A stretch of DNA of 64,000 nt from a virus: IMG/VR virus record IMGVR_UViG_3300031787_000011; one strand, 5' to 3'. Numbering within the stretch: the stretch's first letter is position 1; every line of letters starts with the position of its first letter. The position numbers were made by a program, and so were the translations under genes. The notes under the pieces were generated by a model. It saw only the letters and a program-made list of their open reading frames with translations, did no database searches and was not told the DNA's origin. Shown here piece after piece: positions 38,523-47,833 of this stretch.

Positions 38523-38721
38523 AATAAATTAAGAAGCCTTCGTCAGAGCAATCTTCCCAGTCTAAAGATTCTGAGGCTTTAGATTTTCTTTTGAACTGAC
38601 TATAGCACACAGCAATTCGTTGTTTTTGATTTGGGAACTCTTTGACCATAGTAGAATCTCCAGCGCATCTGCTAACAAAATCTTTTTGTTTTTCGGTTTT
38701 TTTTGGATTCATTAGTGGCAT
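38521..38721 (-). CDS. small phage protein
   Basis: MPLMNPKKTEKQKDFVSRC...EFPNQKQRIAVCYS; GTGTAA 9 nt upstream. Confidence 0.75.
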   Translation of the reverse strand: MPLMNPKKTEKQKDFVSRCAGDSTMVKEFPNQKQRIAVCYSQFKRKSKASESLDWEDCSDEGFLIY

Positions 38722-38854
38722 ATTATTCAGTTACACTAAAATTATACTTTATATTCAAAAGAAAATAAATTAAATTTGTTACTTCATTTAAGATGGAATA
38801 TATTTCTGATATTTTTTGCACATAGTGTATTACACATGCATTAGATATGAGTGA

Positions 38855-39034
38855 TTAATTTAAGGACCTAATATCAAAAATATCAACAGAAACTAAAGTA
38901 TCTCCGTTTGATACAATGAACGTCTCCTCGTCCTTTACGGCTGTAACCTCTCCGATCCATTCTCCTTCTGGATCTAAAACCTTAACTGTTTTGCCAACTA
39001 ATCTTGAATTAATATCAAGTTTGGATTCTTTCAT
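38855..39034 (-). CDS. small hypothetical protein, 59 aa (not in ORF track)
   Basis: MKESKLDINSRLVGKTVKVLDPEGEWIGEVTAVKDEETFIVSNGDTLVSVDIFDIRSLN; ATGA coupling. Confidence 0.65.
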   Translation of the reverse strand: MKESKLDINSRLVGKTVKVLDPEGEWIGEVTAVKDEETFIVSNGDTLVSVDIFDIRSLN

Positions 39035-39330
39035 TTGATTTTTATTATTTTGTCTGAGTGTGGGAATGTTATGCTTATATTTGAATAAGTTTTATTTGGA
39101 TCTAATATTTCAGCAAGAATTTTGATGGTATCTTGAGAAAACTTTTCTGCGATTTCAACATATTTGCTTTCATGGATTTCAGTAGCTGCCTTATTTGAGC
39201 AGTTGCATTTAGACAAACTATCTATACAAAAAGACAGCGCTTCTACTAATTCTGAGGATCTTGACACTTCTGTCGGGCTTGTCGAGATGGCTTTGCAAAA
39301 TTCTATTAGTCCCTTAATTTCTATTTCCAT
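39031..39330 (-). CDS. hypothetical protein
   Basis: Coupled ORF. Confidence 0.65.
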   Translation of the reverse strand: MEIEIKGLIEFCKAISTSPTEVSRSSELVEALSFCIDSLSKCNCSNKAATEIHESKYVEIAEKFSQDTIKILAEILDPNKTYSNISITFPHSDKIIKIK

Positions 39331-39667
39331 GGTTGAACATTATGTCTACAGTTTTGTATAATATTACATACACAAAATAAACAAAAAATACAAATTGAAT
39401 TTTTGATGCAGCCAAGCACATCCAAAAACCTAGGCAGTATGGGCAGCTCAGCAGCCTAGTAAAAAAATTATTGTTCTTAAGGAGCAAAAAATCAAAATAA
39501 TTTGTCTTGCCTGAGTTTTGAATTTTAAAGCACTTGTACTCGATATCCTTAGTAAAAGACAAGAGTTTTAATACCCTGCCGTACTCGACGATAAAATCGG
39601 TCTTGTAAAGCAGGATAGAAATAGCGGCGCATGAAGCTGCCTGAATAAAATTATCCTGAATGCCCAT
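39314..39667 (-). CDS. membrane protein (DUF1360-like)
   Basis: LLSCPYCLGFW plus hydrophobic segments. Confidence 0.65.
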   Translation of the reverse strand: MGIQDNFIQAASCAAISILLYKTDFIVEYGRVLKLLSFTKDIEYKCFKIQNSGKTNYFDFLLLKNNNFFTRLLSCPYCLGFWMCLAASKIQFVFFVYFVYVILYKTVDIMFNHGNRN

Positions 39668-40073
39668 ATCCGCCTTCGCCTCGCTTGGTTGCGGTTAGGT
39701 CGTTAGACTTTACAAAATTAACATGAGCGCATGGCTCGATAATAATCTGAGCAATCTTGTCTCCGACATGAACCGTAAAATCTAAATTATTGTCTGTATT
39801 ATATAAAATGACACCAATATCTCCTCTGTAATCGGAATCTATGACGCCAGCCAAAACATCAATTCCATTTTTGTATGCTAAACCAGATCTTGGAGCTATT
39901 CTTCCATAATGATTCATCGGAATAGCCATGCTGATATTGGTTTTGATAAGCTTTCTTCCAAGTCTTGGGACCACAATCGCTTCTGCTGCGTATAGATCAT
40001 ATCCAGCAGAAAACGGAGTTGCTTGCGTAGGAATCTTAGCCAAATCGCTCAGTAGTTTAATGTGTATGTCCAC
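39651..40073 (-). CDS. dut: dUTPase
   Basis: AGYDL, PRSGLA, GVIDSDYRG, IAQ, RGEGGYGHSG. Confidence 0.96.
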   Translation of the reverse strand: MDIHIKLLSDLAKIPTQATPFSAGYDLYAAEAIVVPRLGRKLIKTNISMAIPMNHYGRIAPRSGLAYKNGIDVLAGVIDSDYRGDIGVILYNTDNNLDFTVHVGDKIAQIIIEPCAHVNFVKSNDLTATKRGEGGYGHSG

Positions 40074-40079
40074 GACGGT

Positions 40080-40107
40080 ATTATGGGGCTATAGTAAAAA
40101 AAGTCAA
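40080..40107 (-). promoter_or_regulatory. sigma70-like promoter, leaderless spacing
   Basis: TTGACT-N16-CATAAT-N6-GTG. Confidence 0.7.
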
Positions 40108-40149
40108 CTTAAAATTTGATTTTTTTGATTTCTGTAGTCATATTAATGC

Positions 40150-40557
40150 GTGAACATTATTGAATGCTATCAACTGCTCAACGAATATTTTAACAACCAC
40201 AGTTGTTTCAACGTAAAGAAAAACAGAAAAGAAGTGCTTCTTGTGTCTGACGACGAGTATTCGGAAAACGCTGCTATTATTTGCGCTTTAAAAGAGATGG
40301 AAAAGGCAAACGTGCTTAGGTCGTGTATTTTGGATGGGGAAGAGTATTGGGTTCTTGTAAAACCGCTTGAGTCTTTCACTCAGTCAGTAGAGATTAGCGG
40401 CTTGGTCGCGGCTGGCATAGCTTCTGTTATTAATAATATGTGCCAAGAATTAAACAGCGAATCAGAGAAGTGCGATGTCTTAAATATCACAGAAAAAGAT
40501 TTAAAGAATTTAATTTATATCGCATCTAAGGCTACTCCAGATTCTCTAAAGAAATAA
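40150..40557 (+). CDS. hypothetical protein
   Basis: 135-aa ORF, first gene of the long plus-strand run. Confidence 0.75.
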   Translation: MNIIECYQLLNEYFNNHSCFNVKKNRKEVLLVSDDEYSENAAIICALKEMEKANVLRSCILDGEEYWVLVKPLESFTQSVEISGLVAAGIASVINNMCQELNSESEKCDVLNITEKDLKNLIYIASKATPDSLKK

Positions 40558-40558
40558 T

Positions 40559-40586
40559 TTGACTTTCCAAGAAAACAGGTCATAGT
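40559..40586 (+). promoter_or_regulatory. sigma70-like promoter for the ncRNA-sigma unit
   Basis: TTGACT-N16-CATAGT. Confidence 0.65.
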
Positions 40587-40591
40587 CAGCC

Positions 40592-41043
40592 AGATTGTTG
40601 TGCAGAGGTAGCCGGAGCAAAACCATGCTCACTTAAGAATAAAATCTTATTTAAACTCGTAAGAGACAGCAAGCCCGTTGAAAGACGATAGGAAATTGGG
40701 GGAAACTCCAGCGTGTGTTCGGGAGAGGCCGCGTCGTAACTGAATCCTATTTAAAACTACTAGAAACTTCATTCCTCTCAAAGGAAAAGGCGATGGTGGA
40801 ATGTCTGAAAAAAAGTCGCTGCGCGATCAACAGTCTAATATAGCCAAAAGTAGTCGCTAGCTAAACGGACTCACTAAAGCCGGAAATGCGATGACTGATG
40901 CGGGTACTTTTGGGGTGAATAATATCTTAGATAATAACATCTAAGCTGACCTACTATTGCTTATAGCCAACTCAAGGAAAAGTTAAAGGCGATGGTGGAA
41001 AGGTAAAGTCTCTGTGGTAACACAGAGCATCAAGGAAAAAGTT
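40592..41043 (+). ncRNA. ~440-nt structured RNA candidate (ncRNA or leader) upstream of the sigma gene
   Basis: Four GNRA-capped hairpins, further stems, exact 16-nt direct repeat, no ORF. Confidence 0.65.
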
Positions 41044-41044
41044 T

Positions 41045-41653
41045 ATGTCTAAATCAAAATCTATTAAAGATCTTGATCTTGTTTTGGTTAATAAGGTCAA
41101 AGATAATAACTGCAACGATAGTTTCGAAAAATTATCTAGTTCTTATGATAATTTTTATTTTTCTATAGCAAGAAAATATTCTCAAACTTTGATAAAAATG
41201 GGAATGAGCAAAGAAGAGATTAAATCTGAAAAAGATTTTATTCTTTACAAAGCAATTCAATCTTTTGATGCGAAGCAGAAAACGAAGTTTTCAACTTGGT
41301 TCTGCAATTGCACAAGATATCATTTCCTGAATTTTATTAATTCTAATAAAAAATATGTTCTTAATGAAGGTCTAGACGTAGATGTTTATTTAGATAGGGA
41401 TATTTTAACTGTTACAGATAAAAATAATGATTTGCTTGACTACTTGTCATCTCTTCTATCTTCTTTTAAAGATTCAAGAATAAATGAAGTTTATAAGTTA
41501 AGATACTTTTCTAACAGTGCTAAGCCTGTTACTTGGAATAAAATTGCCAAAAAGCTAAATATTAGCACCCAAACAGCGATCAACCTGCACGAAAAAGCAA
41601 GGGTTTTCTTGAAAAACAAGATTGTTAGTAAAAATTCTTTCGATTTGATTTGA
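41045..41653 (+). CDS. RNA polymerase sigma-70-family factor (regions 2 and 4)
   Basis: LYKAIQSFD...TKFSTW (region 2); VYKLRYF...TWNKIAKKLNISTQTA (region 4 HTH). Confidence 0.88.
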   Translation: MSKSKSIKDLDLVLVNKVKDNNCNDSFEKLSSSYDNFYFSIARKYSQTLIKMGMSKEEIKSEKDFILYKAIQSFDAKQKTKFSTWFCNCTRYHFLNFINSNKKYVLNEGLDVDVYLDRDILTVTDKNNDLLDYLSSLLSSFKDSRINEVYKLRYFSNSAKPVTWNKIAKKLNISTQTAINLHEKARVFLKNKIVSKNSFDLI

Positions 41654-41677
41654 CTTTTTTGTTTTTTTGGTCATAAT
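41650..41677 (+). promoter_or_regulatory. sigma70-like promoter
   Basis: TTGACT-N16-CATAAT-N9-ATG. Confidence 0.65.
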
Positions 41678-41686
41678 GTCTTCGAA

Positions 41687-41983
41687 ATGAATGCTACTAA
41701 GACTGAAAACAAGTGGGACAACCGCGAACTTGGCGCTTTGTGGACAAAGGTCAGCAAAGACAAGTCGCAGAAGTATATGACTGGTCATATTAATTCCTCT
41801 CTTGAGGGCAAGATTGACATTGTCATTTTCTCAAACAAAGAAAAGAAAACCGATAAGTCTCCCGATTTTCGGATCTATGCTTCTGATCGAGCGGACAAGC
41901 AAAAGGAGCTTGCTGGCAAGGCTGCTCCAGCACCGAAGCAAAAGGTGCAATCGGCGTCTGAGGACGACGATGGAGTTCTATAA
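41687..41983 (+). CDS. DUF736-like putative ssDNA-binding protein
   Basis: LGALW, KYMTG, NKEK..DKSPDFRI; acidic tail. Confidence 0.7.
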   Translation: MNATKTENKWDNRELGALWTKVSKDKSQKYMTGHINSSLEGKIDIVIFSNKEKKTDKSPDFRIYASDRADKQKELAGKAAPAPKQKVQSASEDDDGVL

Positions 41984-42005
41984 TAAAAAATAGAAAATCC
42001 TTTTC

Positions 42006-42035
42006 ACCTACCTATAACAATAGGTAGGTTTTTTT
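42006..42035 (+). terminator. intrinsic terminator
   Basis: ACCTACCTAT-AACA-ATAGGTAGGT then T tract. Confidence 0.8.
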
Positions 42036-43118
42036 ATGCAATTTGCTGTTCAAGTTCCTCTTAATTCTTTGAGTTTTGGGCAAGTTAGTTTTAATTTGCT
42101 TTACGAGTTTTATAAACTCGGACTTAATCCTTTTATTTTTAAAGCTTCCGATCATCAGATAGATTTTTCTGCTTATGATTTCGAGCCGGATTTCACAAAT
42201 TGGATCATTAAAAATCATAACGAAGCCCTATTAAAGCATAACAGAAATATTCCATGCATAAGACTATGGCACATTAATGATTCGATCAGAACTTATTCTA
42301 ACAAGCAAATCCTTTTGACTTTTCACGAAACAGATCAACTTACTCCTATTGAAACTAATATCTTAAAAAACAGCGAAGTATGCGTAACCTCAAAGTATAC
42401 TAAAGATGTATTTGCTAATTTTGGGATAAATTCCTCTGTCGTACATCTTGGATTTGATAATAATCATTTCAAAATACTCAATAAGAGATATTTTGATGAC
42501 GGAAGAATTACTTTTAATCTTTGCGGCAAATACGAAAAAAGAAAACATCATACCAAAATCGTAAAATCTTGGATCAAAAAATTCGGTAAAGATAAAAGGT
42601 ACTCTTTGCAATGCGCCTTGCATAATCCTTTCTATCAAGATCCATCTGAATTAAAGTCTGTATTTACAAATATGTTAGATGGAAAGCCTGTTTTTAATGT
42701 TTCGTTTTTGACTTCAATGCCCAAAAATTCTACTTATAATGATTTTTTAAATTCTTCAAATATTGTTATTGCAATGTCTGGCGCGGAAGGGTGGGGCCTT
42801 CCAGAATTCCAATCTGTTGCTCTTGGCAAGCATGCAGTTGTTTTAAATGCAACATCTTATAAAGAGTGGGCAAATAAAGAAAATTCTGTAATAGTTGAGC
42901 CTAGTAATAAAATCGAAGTCTACGATGGAAAGTTCTTTTCTAAGGGAGCGCCATTTAACCAAGGTAATATTTTTGATTTTAACGAAGAAGAATTTATCTC
43001 TGGATGCGAAGAAGCAATAAAGAGAGTTGAATCGAACAGAATTAATCATGAAGGATTAAAACTCCAAAATAAATTCAAGTATTCTGATACTGCAAATAAG
43101 TTACTAGGGATGATTTAA
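42036..43118 (+). CDS. GT-B (GT4-like) glycosyltransferase
   Basis: GKYEKRK, SGAEGWGLPEFQ. Confidence 0.85.
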   Translation: MQFAVQVPLNSLSFGQVSFNLLYEFYKLGLNPFIFKASDHQIDFSAYDFEPDFTNWIIKNHNEALLKHNRNIPCIRLWHINDSIRTYSNKQILLTFHETDQLTPIETNILKNSEVCVTSKYTKDVFANFGINSSVVHLGFDNNHFKILNKRYFDDGRITFNLCGKYEKRKHHTKIVKSWIKKFGKDKRYSLQCALHNPFYQDPSELKSVFTNMLDGKPVFNVSFLTSMPKNSTYNDFLNSSNIVIAMSGAEGWGLPEFQSVALGKHAVVLNATSYKEWANKENSVIVEPSNKIEVYDGKFFSKGAPFNQGNIFDFNEEEFISGCEEAIKRVESNRINHEGLKLQNKFKYSDTANKLLGMI

Positions 43119-43119
43119 T

Positions 43120-43494
43120 ATGCCAATTTACCTGTTCAAAAACCCAAAAACCGGCAAAGTTGTTTCTATTTTTCAGCAAATGAATGAAAATCATACTTAT
43201 TCTGAAGACGGAATTAAGTATGAAAGAATATTTACAGTTCCTAATGCTCAAATAGACGCAGATATCGACATCGATTCTTCTGAAAAGTTTATAGAAAAAA
43301 CAGGAAAAATGAAAGGCACTCTTGGCGAAATTTGGGATTATTCTCAAGAATTAAGCGATAAAAGAGCAGAAAGAAACGACGGCGTCGATCCAGTACGCCA
43401 AAAAGCAGAAGAAAAATATTCCAAAAAGCGTAGAGGAATGAAGTATAAAAGCAGGGTAAATCCTTCGGAAATGCCCAAGATTCAGCTTGACTAA
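43120..43494 (+). CDS. FmdB-like small protein
   Basis: MPIYLF..P.TG N-terminus without the cysteines. Confidence 0.6.
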   Translation: MPIYLFKNPKTGKVVSIFQQMNENHTYSEDGIKYERIFTVPNAQIDADIDIDSSEKFIEKTGKMKGTLGEIWDYSQELSDKRAERNDGVDPVRQKAEEKYSKKRRGMKYKSRVNPSEMPKIQLD

Positions 43495-43531
43495 TTCTAT
43501 TTTTCTGGAATATTGTGTAAACCATCATCCT

Positions 43532-45502
43532 ATGAGCATTCTATCTAAAGATTTTATTTCAAAATACAAAGGCAAACAACCAAACTGGGGCTTCAATGGT
43601 TTGGGCTATGTTGTCTACAAAAGAACATACGCAAGACTCAAGGAAGATGGCTCTACCGAAGAGTGGTATGAAACTGTAGAGCGTTGCGTAAATGGGGCGC
43701 AAAAGATTGGCGCTGGATACACAGAAGAAGAAGCCGAAAGAATATATGATTATGTATTTAATCTAAAGTGCAATTTTGCCGGAAGAATGCTTTGGCAGCT
43801 TGGCACATCTACAGTTGATCGCTTTGGCGCTAATTCATTGCTTAATTGCTGGGCTGTAGCGATGCGAGAACCTAATGCATTTTTGTTTCTTTTTGAGAAT
43901 CTGATGCTTGGTGGTGGAGTTGGTTATAGTATCCGCAGAGAAGACGTTCATGAGTTACCTAAAATTAAAAAAAGTGTAAAGGTTATTCATGAAGGTACTA
44001 AAGATGCTGATTACATTGTTCCTGACAAGCGTGAAGGCTGGGTTAACTTGCTATCTAAGGTCTTGGACGCTTTCTATGTCACTGGCAAGTCGTTTAGTTA
44101 TTCGACTATCCTCATTCGTGGGTATGGAGAGCCAATCAAAGGCTTTGGCGGAAAAGCTAGTGGTCCACAAATCCTTATTGATGGAATCGATAAGATCACA
44201 AAAATTTTCCAATCTAGAGAAGGCAAGAAACTTCGTTCGCTCGATGTTCTAGATGTCTGCAATATAATCGGCAGCATTGTTGTAGCTGGAAATGTGCGTC
44301 GAAGCGCCGAGATCGCTCTTGGCGATCCTGACGATATTCTTTATCTACGCGCTAAGAATTGGGGGACCGGAAATGTTCCTAACTGGCGAGCCATGAGTAA
44401 TAACACGATTTATGCTGATAGCTTCGATCATGTTCTCGAAGAGATTTGGAAAAATGGTTACGAAGTAAATCCTGATAGCGGATACGCCAACGGCGAGCCT
44501 TATGGCTTCTTCAACTTACCCTTATCTCAAAAGTTTGGGCGAATTAAAGACGGTCCTATTTCAGAAAATGGGATGTACCCAACTGATGTTGATAATTGCG
44601 AGATGACCAATCCTTGCGCCGAAATTAGTCTTTCTAATTACGAGTGCTGCAATCTTTGCGAGCTTTATCTTAATAACATCGAAAGCAAAGAAGAGCTTCT
44701 TGACTGCTCTCAGCTTCTTTATAAGACCCAAAAGGCCATAGCTTCTCTTCCTTTCATTCATGAAGAAACTAATAAGATCGTTCATAAGAATATGCGCCTG
44801 GGGCTTGGTATTACTGGTGTTTGCCAGTCTCTTCATAAGCTTGATTGGCTTGATGACTGTTACACTGCTTTGCGCGCTTTTGATAGGGCTTGGAGCAAGG
44901 AGCGTGGATGGCCTGAAAGCATTAAGCTTACAACTGTTAAGCCTTCTGGGACGCTGAGTCTTCTTGGCGGAGCCACCCCCGGAGTTCACCCAGCTTTCAG
45001 CCAGTATTACATGCGCACTGTCCGCATGTCTAGCTCTGACGCGCTTGTGCAAATTTGTAAAGACATGGGATACCATGTTGAATTCCTTGTTAATTTTGAT
45101 GGCACAGAAAACAGAGATACTGTTGTCGTATATTTCCCATGCAAAACCCCCGAGGGCTCTATTCTTACCAAAGAAATGGATGTCATTAAGCAGTTAGACA
45201 TGGTTAAGAAACTGCAAACCGATTGGGCTGACAATGCCGTTTCTGTTACCGCTTACTATAAACCAGAGGAATTGGACATTCTTAAGAATTGGCTTAAGGA
45301 AAACTATGAGCATAACATTAAGAGCGTTAGCTTCTTGCTATTTAAAAATCACGGATTTAAGCAGGCCCCCTATCAAGAGATTGATGAAGAGACCTATCTA
45401 GCTGCATCTGCTAAGGTTAAATCTATATCTACAGCTTCTATCAATAATACTGAAATGCTAGATATGGCTGAGTGCGCTACTGGCGCTTGCCCAATCCGCT
45501 AA
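43532..45502 (+). CDS. nrdJ: class II (B12-dependent) ribonucleoside-triphosphate reductase
   Basis: YKRTYAR, GRMLW, NC, GNVRRSA, TNPCAE, CNL, TVKPSGT, C-terminal CATGACPIR. Confidence 0.93.
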   Translation: MSILSKDFISKYKGKQPNWGFNGLGYVVYKRTYARLKEDGSTEEWYETVERCVNGAQKIGAGYTEEEAERIYDYVFNLKCNFAGRMLWQLGTSTVDRFGANSLLNCWAVAMREPNAFLFLFENLMLGGGVGYSIRREDVHELPKIKKSVKVIHEGTKDADYIVPDKREGWVNLLSKVLDAFYVTGKSFSYSTILIRGYGEPIKGFGGKASGPQILIDGIDKITKIFQSREGKKLRSLDVLDVCNIIGSIVVAGNVRRSAEIALGDPDDILYLRAKNWGTGNVPNWRAMSNNTIYADSFDHVLEEIWKNGYEVNPDSGYANGEPYGFFNLPLSQKFGRIKDGPISENGMYPTDVDNCEMTNPCAEISLSNYECCNLCELYLNNIESKEELLDCSQLLYKTQKAIASLPFIHEETNKIVHKNMRLGLGITGVCQSLHKLDWLDDCYTALRAFDRAWSKERGWPESIKLTTVKPSGTLSLLGGATPGVHPAFSQYYMRTVRMSSSDALVQICKDMGYHVEFLVNFDGTENRDTVVVYFPCKTPEGSILTKEMDVIKQLDMVKKLQTDWADNAVSVTAYYKPEELDILKNWLKENYEHNIKSVSFLLFKNHGFKQAPYQEIDEETYLAASAKVKSISTASINNTEMLDMAECATGACPIR

Positions 45503-45521
45503 TTACATAAAAAATTACAAA

Positions 45522-45565
45522 ATTAGGGTCTAATTTTATGGAAATTTCCATAATTAGACCCTAAT
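45522..45565. repeat. near-perfect 44-bp inverted repeat
   Basis: ATTAGGGTCTAAT-TT-TATGGAAA|TTTCCATA-ATTAGACCCTAAT. Confidence 0.85.
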
Positions 45566-45578
45566 ACATTTTAACTAT

Positions 45579-46361
45579 ATGAAATTTTACGTCAGAGGCG
45601 GGGTTGGGGATTTTCTCCAGAGTTCTTGGTTTATGATTGGTAATTCTACTCAAGAATTTATTATTCATACACACTTTCATGGAGCAGAAGAGTTTTTCAA
45701 AAGCTTTAATTTAACTAATGCTCACTTCTATTATTTTAATAACATAGAAGAACATGACGCTCAAATCGATAAGATCCTTGCTAATCACGGCGAAAATTCA
45801 ACTTCAAATATTAGAGAATGCCCAAGAGCTTTCTATTCTCTAGTAAATTTTTCCAAAGAGTCTCAAGAAAAAGCTTTAGCATTTTCAGAAAAGTTTAAGA
45901 GCAAAAAGCCAATTATAGGGATTCACCCATTCGGCAGTTTCTTTTCTTCTGATACTTATTCTAAATTTGACCTTCCGTTAAAATATTTGCCATCAGAAAT
46001 TGTTTCTGAAATCATGTCTGATGATTTTAATTATATCATTTTTGGTTCGCAATCCGAACTAGAAACTTATCCGATAAAAGAGTCTGATAATGTTCTTCAT
46101 ACAAATATGGATATCTCCTGCAGTTTAGAAGCGGTTAAGCTATGCAGCAAAGTTATAGGCACTGATAGTTGTTTCAAAGGAATGGCTGTCATGAGCAAAA
46201 TTCCTACGTTTTGCATTTTAGGAGATTTTCAAGATCCTCTAAGAGATAAGATGTTTATCAATCAGTATGAGCAAGATGAAATATTGAAAGTTTTTAGATA
46301 TAAAAATATCAATGAATCTTCTAAAGATATAATCGCAAGCATCAAAGAATTTTTAGCTTAA
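45579..46361 (+). CDS. GT9-like glycosyltransferase
   Basis: GGVGDFL, IGIHP, VIGTDS. Confidence 0.7.
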   Translation: MKFYVRGGVGDFLQSSWFMIGNSTQEFIIHTHFHGAEEFFKSFNLTNAHFYYFNNIEEHDAQIDKILANHGENSTSNIRECPRAFYSLVNFSKESQEKALAFSEKFKSKKPIIGIHPFGSFFSSDTYSKFDLPLKYLPSEIVSEIMSDDFNYIIFGSQSELETYPIKESDNVLHTNMDISCSLEAVKLCSKVIGTDSCFKGMAVMSKIPTFCILGDFQDPLRDKMFINQYEQDEILKVFRYKNINESSKDIIASIKEFLA

Positions 46362-46362
46362 A

Positions 46363-47100
46363 ATGAAAATTGATATTATTAGTTCTGTTTTCAACTGCGA
46401 TTCTTTTTTAGAAGGTTATTTCATTGATCTTATAAGTCAAACTTTTTTCAAAGAGTGTGAGCTGATACTAGTCGCCCCATTTCCTTCTGATAAACTTAAA
46501 AGAATATATAATCTATACTCTAATAGATTTAACAACATTAGATTAATTGAGCTTGATAACGATCCTGGCATTTCTAAATGTTTAAATATTGCTATACAAG
46601 CAGGAACTTCTCCATATATTACAATTGCAAATACTGACGATAGAAAAAGAAAAGATTCCTTAGAAAGACATTATTTAGAGCTTGAGCTTAACCCTGATAT
46701 AGATTTAGTCTATGCCCCTTCGCTGCTTTCTAAAAGACCTAACGAAACTTATGATTTTCATAATTGCGATTCTATTTATCCATGTTATGAATTTACTGGC
46801 ATAGATGGGCTACTAAAGCATAACTCTCCTCATAATAATCCTATGTGGAGAAGATCCATGCATGAAAAAAATGGCCTTTTTGATGAATCTTTGAAATCTT
46901 GCGCTGATTCAGATATGTGGATGAGAGCTGTTTTGAATGGTAGTAAATTTAAAATGATACCAGAAATTCTTGGGCTTTATTATTTTAATCCAGAAGGAAT
47001 GTCAACTGGAAAGAAAAACGCCAAAGAAAGACTAGAAGAAGAACGGCAAAAAGATTTAAAATATCTTAATCTAAAAAATGAACAGAAAAAGACTAGCTGA
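46363..47100 (+). CDS. GT2 glycosyltransferase
   Basis: N.AI, NTDD, PMWRRSMH...FDE..AD.DMW. Confidence 0.88.
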   Translation: MKIDIISSVFNCDSFLEGYFIDLISQTFFKECELILVAPFPSDKLKRIYNLYSNRFNNIRLIELDNDPGISKCLNIAIQAGTSPYITIANTDDRKRKDSLERHYLELELNPDIDLVYAPSLLSKRPNETYDFHNCDSIYPCYEFTGIDGLLKHNSPHNNPMWRRSMHEKNGLFDESLKSCADSDMWMRAVLNGSKFKMIPEILGLYYFNPEGMSTGKKNAKERLEEERQKDLKYLNLKNEQKKTS

Positions 47101-47833
47101 AAAAATAATACGCACAGCCTATCTTAATAAAGAAGGTCATATTGCGAGCGCCCTGTCTATTTTAGACGTAGTGTTATTTTTATACACTAGGCATATGAAA
47201 AAACACGATAGATTTGTTCTAAGCAAAGGGCACGGAAGCCTTGCTTTATATGCTGCTTTATTACAAACTGGCAAAATTACAGAAGAAGATTTTTTTAGTT
47301 TTTGCAAAGAAGACTCTAAGTTAGGAGGCCACCCATCTTCAAAAAAAATTCCGCAAGTTGAAATATCTACTGGATCTCTAGGTCACGGCTTGCCATTTTC
47401 AGTCGGGCTCGCTTTAGCTAAAAAAATAAAGAAAGAACCCGGATATGTTTATTGTTTGATTGGAGATGGCGAAGCCAATGAAGGCACCACATGGGAATCA
47501 GCCTTAATGGCTAACACCTATGAACTAGATAATCTAGTTTGTATAATGGATTTTAATAAATCTGGAGAAAGAGCTATAAAGCTAAATACTTGCGAAGAAA
47601 AATTTCAATCTTTTGGCTGGTCTCCATTTTCAATTCGCAACGGTAACAGTGAAAACGAAATATACCAAGTCTTTTCAATTTTCCCTCATTTTTCCCATGG
47701 CTGCCCAGTGTTTATTCAATTAAATACTACGAAAGGGAAAGGATGCCCTATCATGGAAAATAATCCTGAATGGCACCACAAGCACCCAACCTCAGAATCC
47801 GAAATCAACCAATTAATAGAATCTCTTTACTAA
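47078..47833 (+). CDS. transketolase N-terminal subunit
   Basis: GHIASALS, LSKGH, TGSLGHG, GDGEANEG. Confidence 0.92.
   Translation: MNRKRLAEKIIRTAYLNKEGHIASALSILDVVLFLYTRHMKKHDRFVLSKGHGSLALYAALLQTGKITEEDFFSFCKEDSKLGGHPSSKKIPQVEISTGSLGHGLPFSVGLALAKKIKKEPGYVYCLIGDGEANEGTTWESALMANTYELDNLVCIMDFNKSGERAIKLNTCEEKFQSFGWSPFSIRNGNSENEIYQVFSIFPHFSHGCPVFIQLNTTKGKGCPIMENNPEWHHKHPTSESEINQLIESLY

Noticed and set aside
40592-41043. Group I or group II intron remnant
   Set aside because: AAATTGGGGGAAAC and AGCCGGAAATGCGATGA resemble P and domain V starts, but matching Q/R/S or the domain V 3' strand and flanking exons were not found
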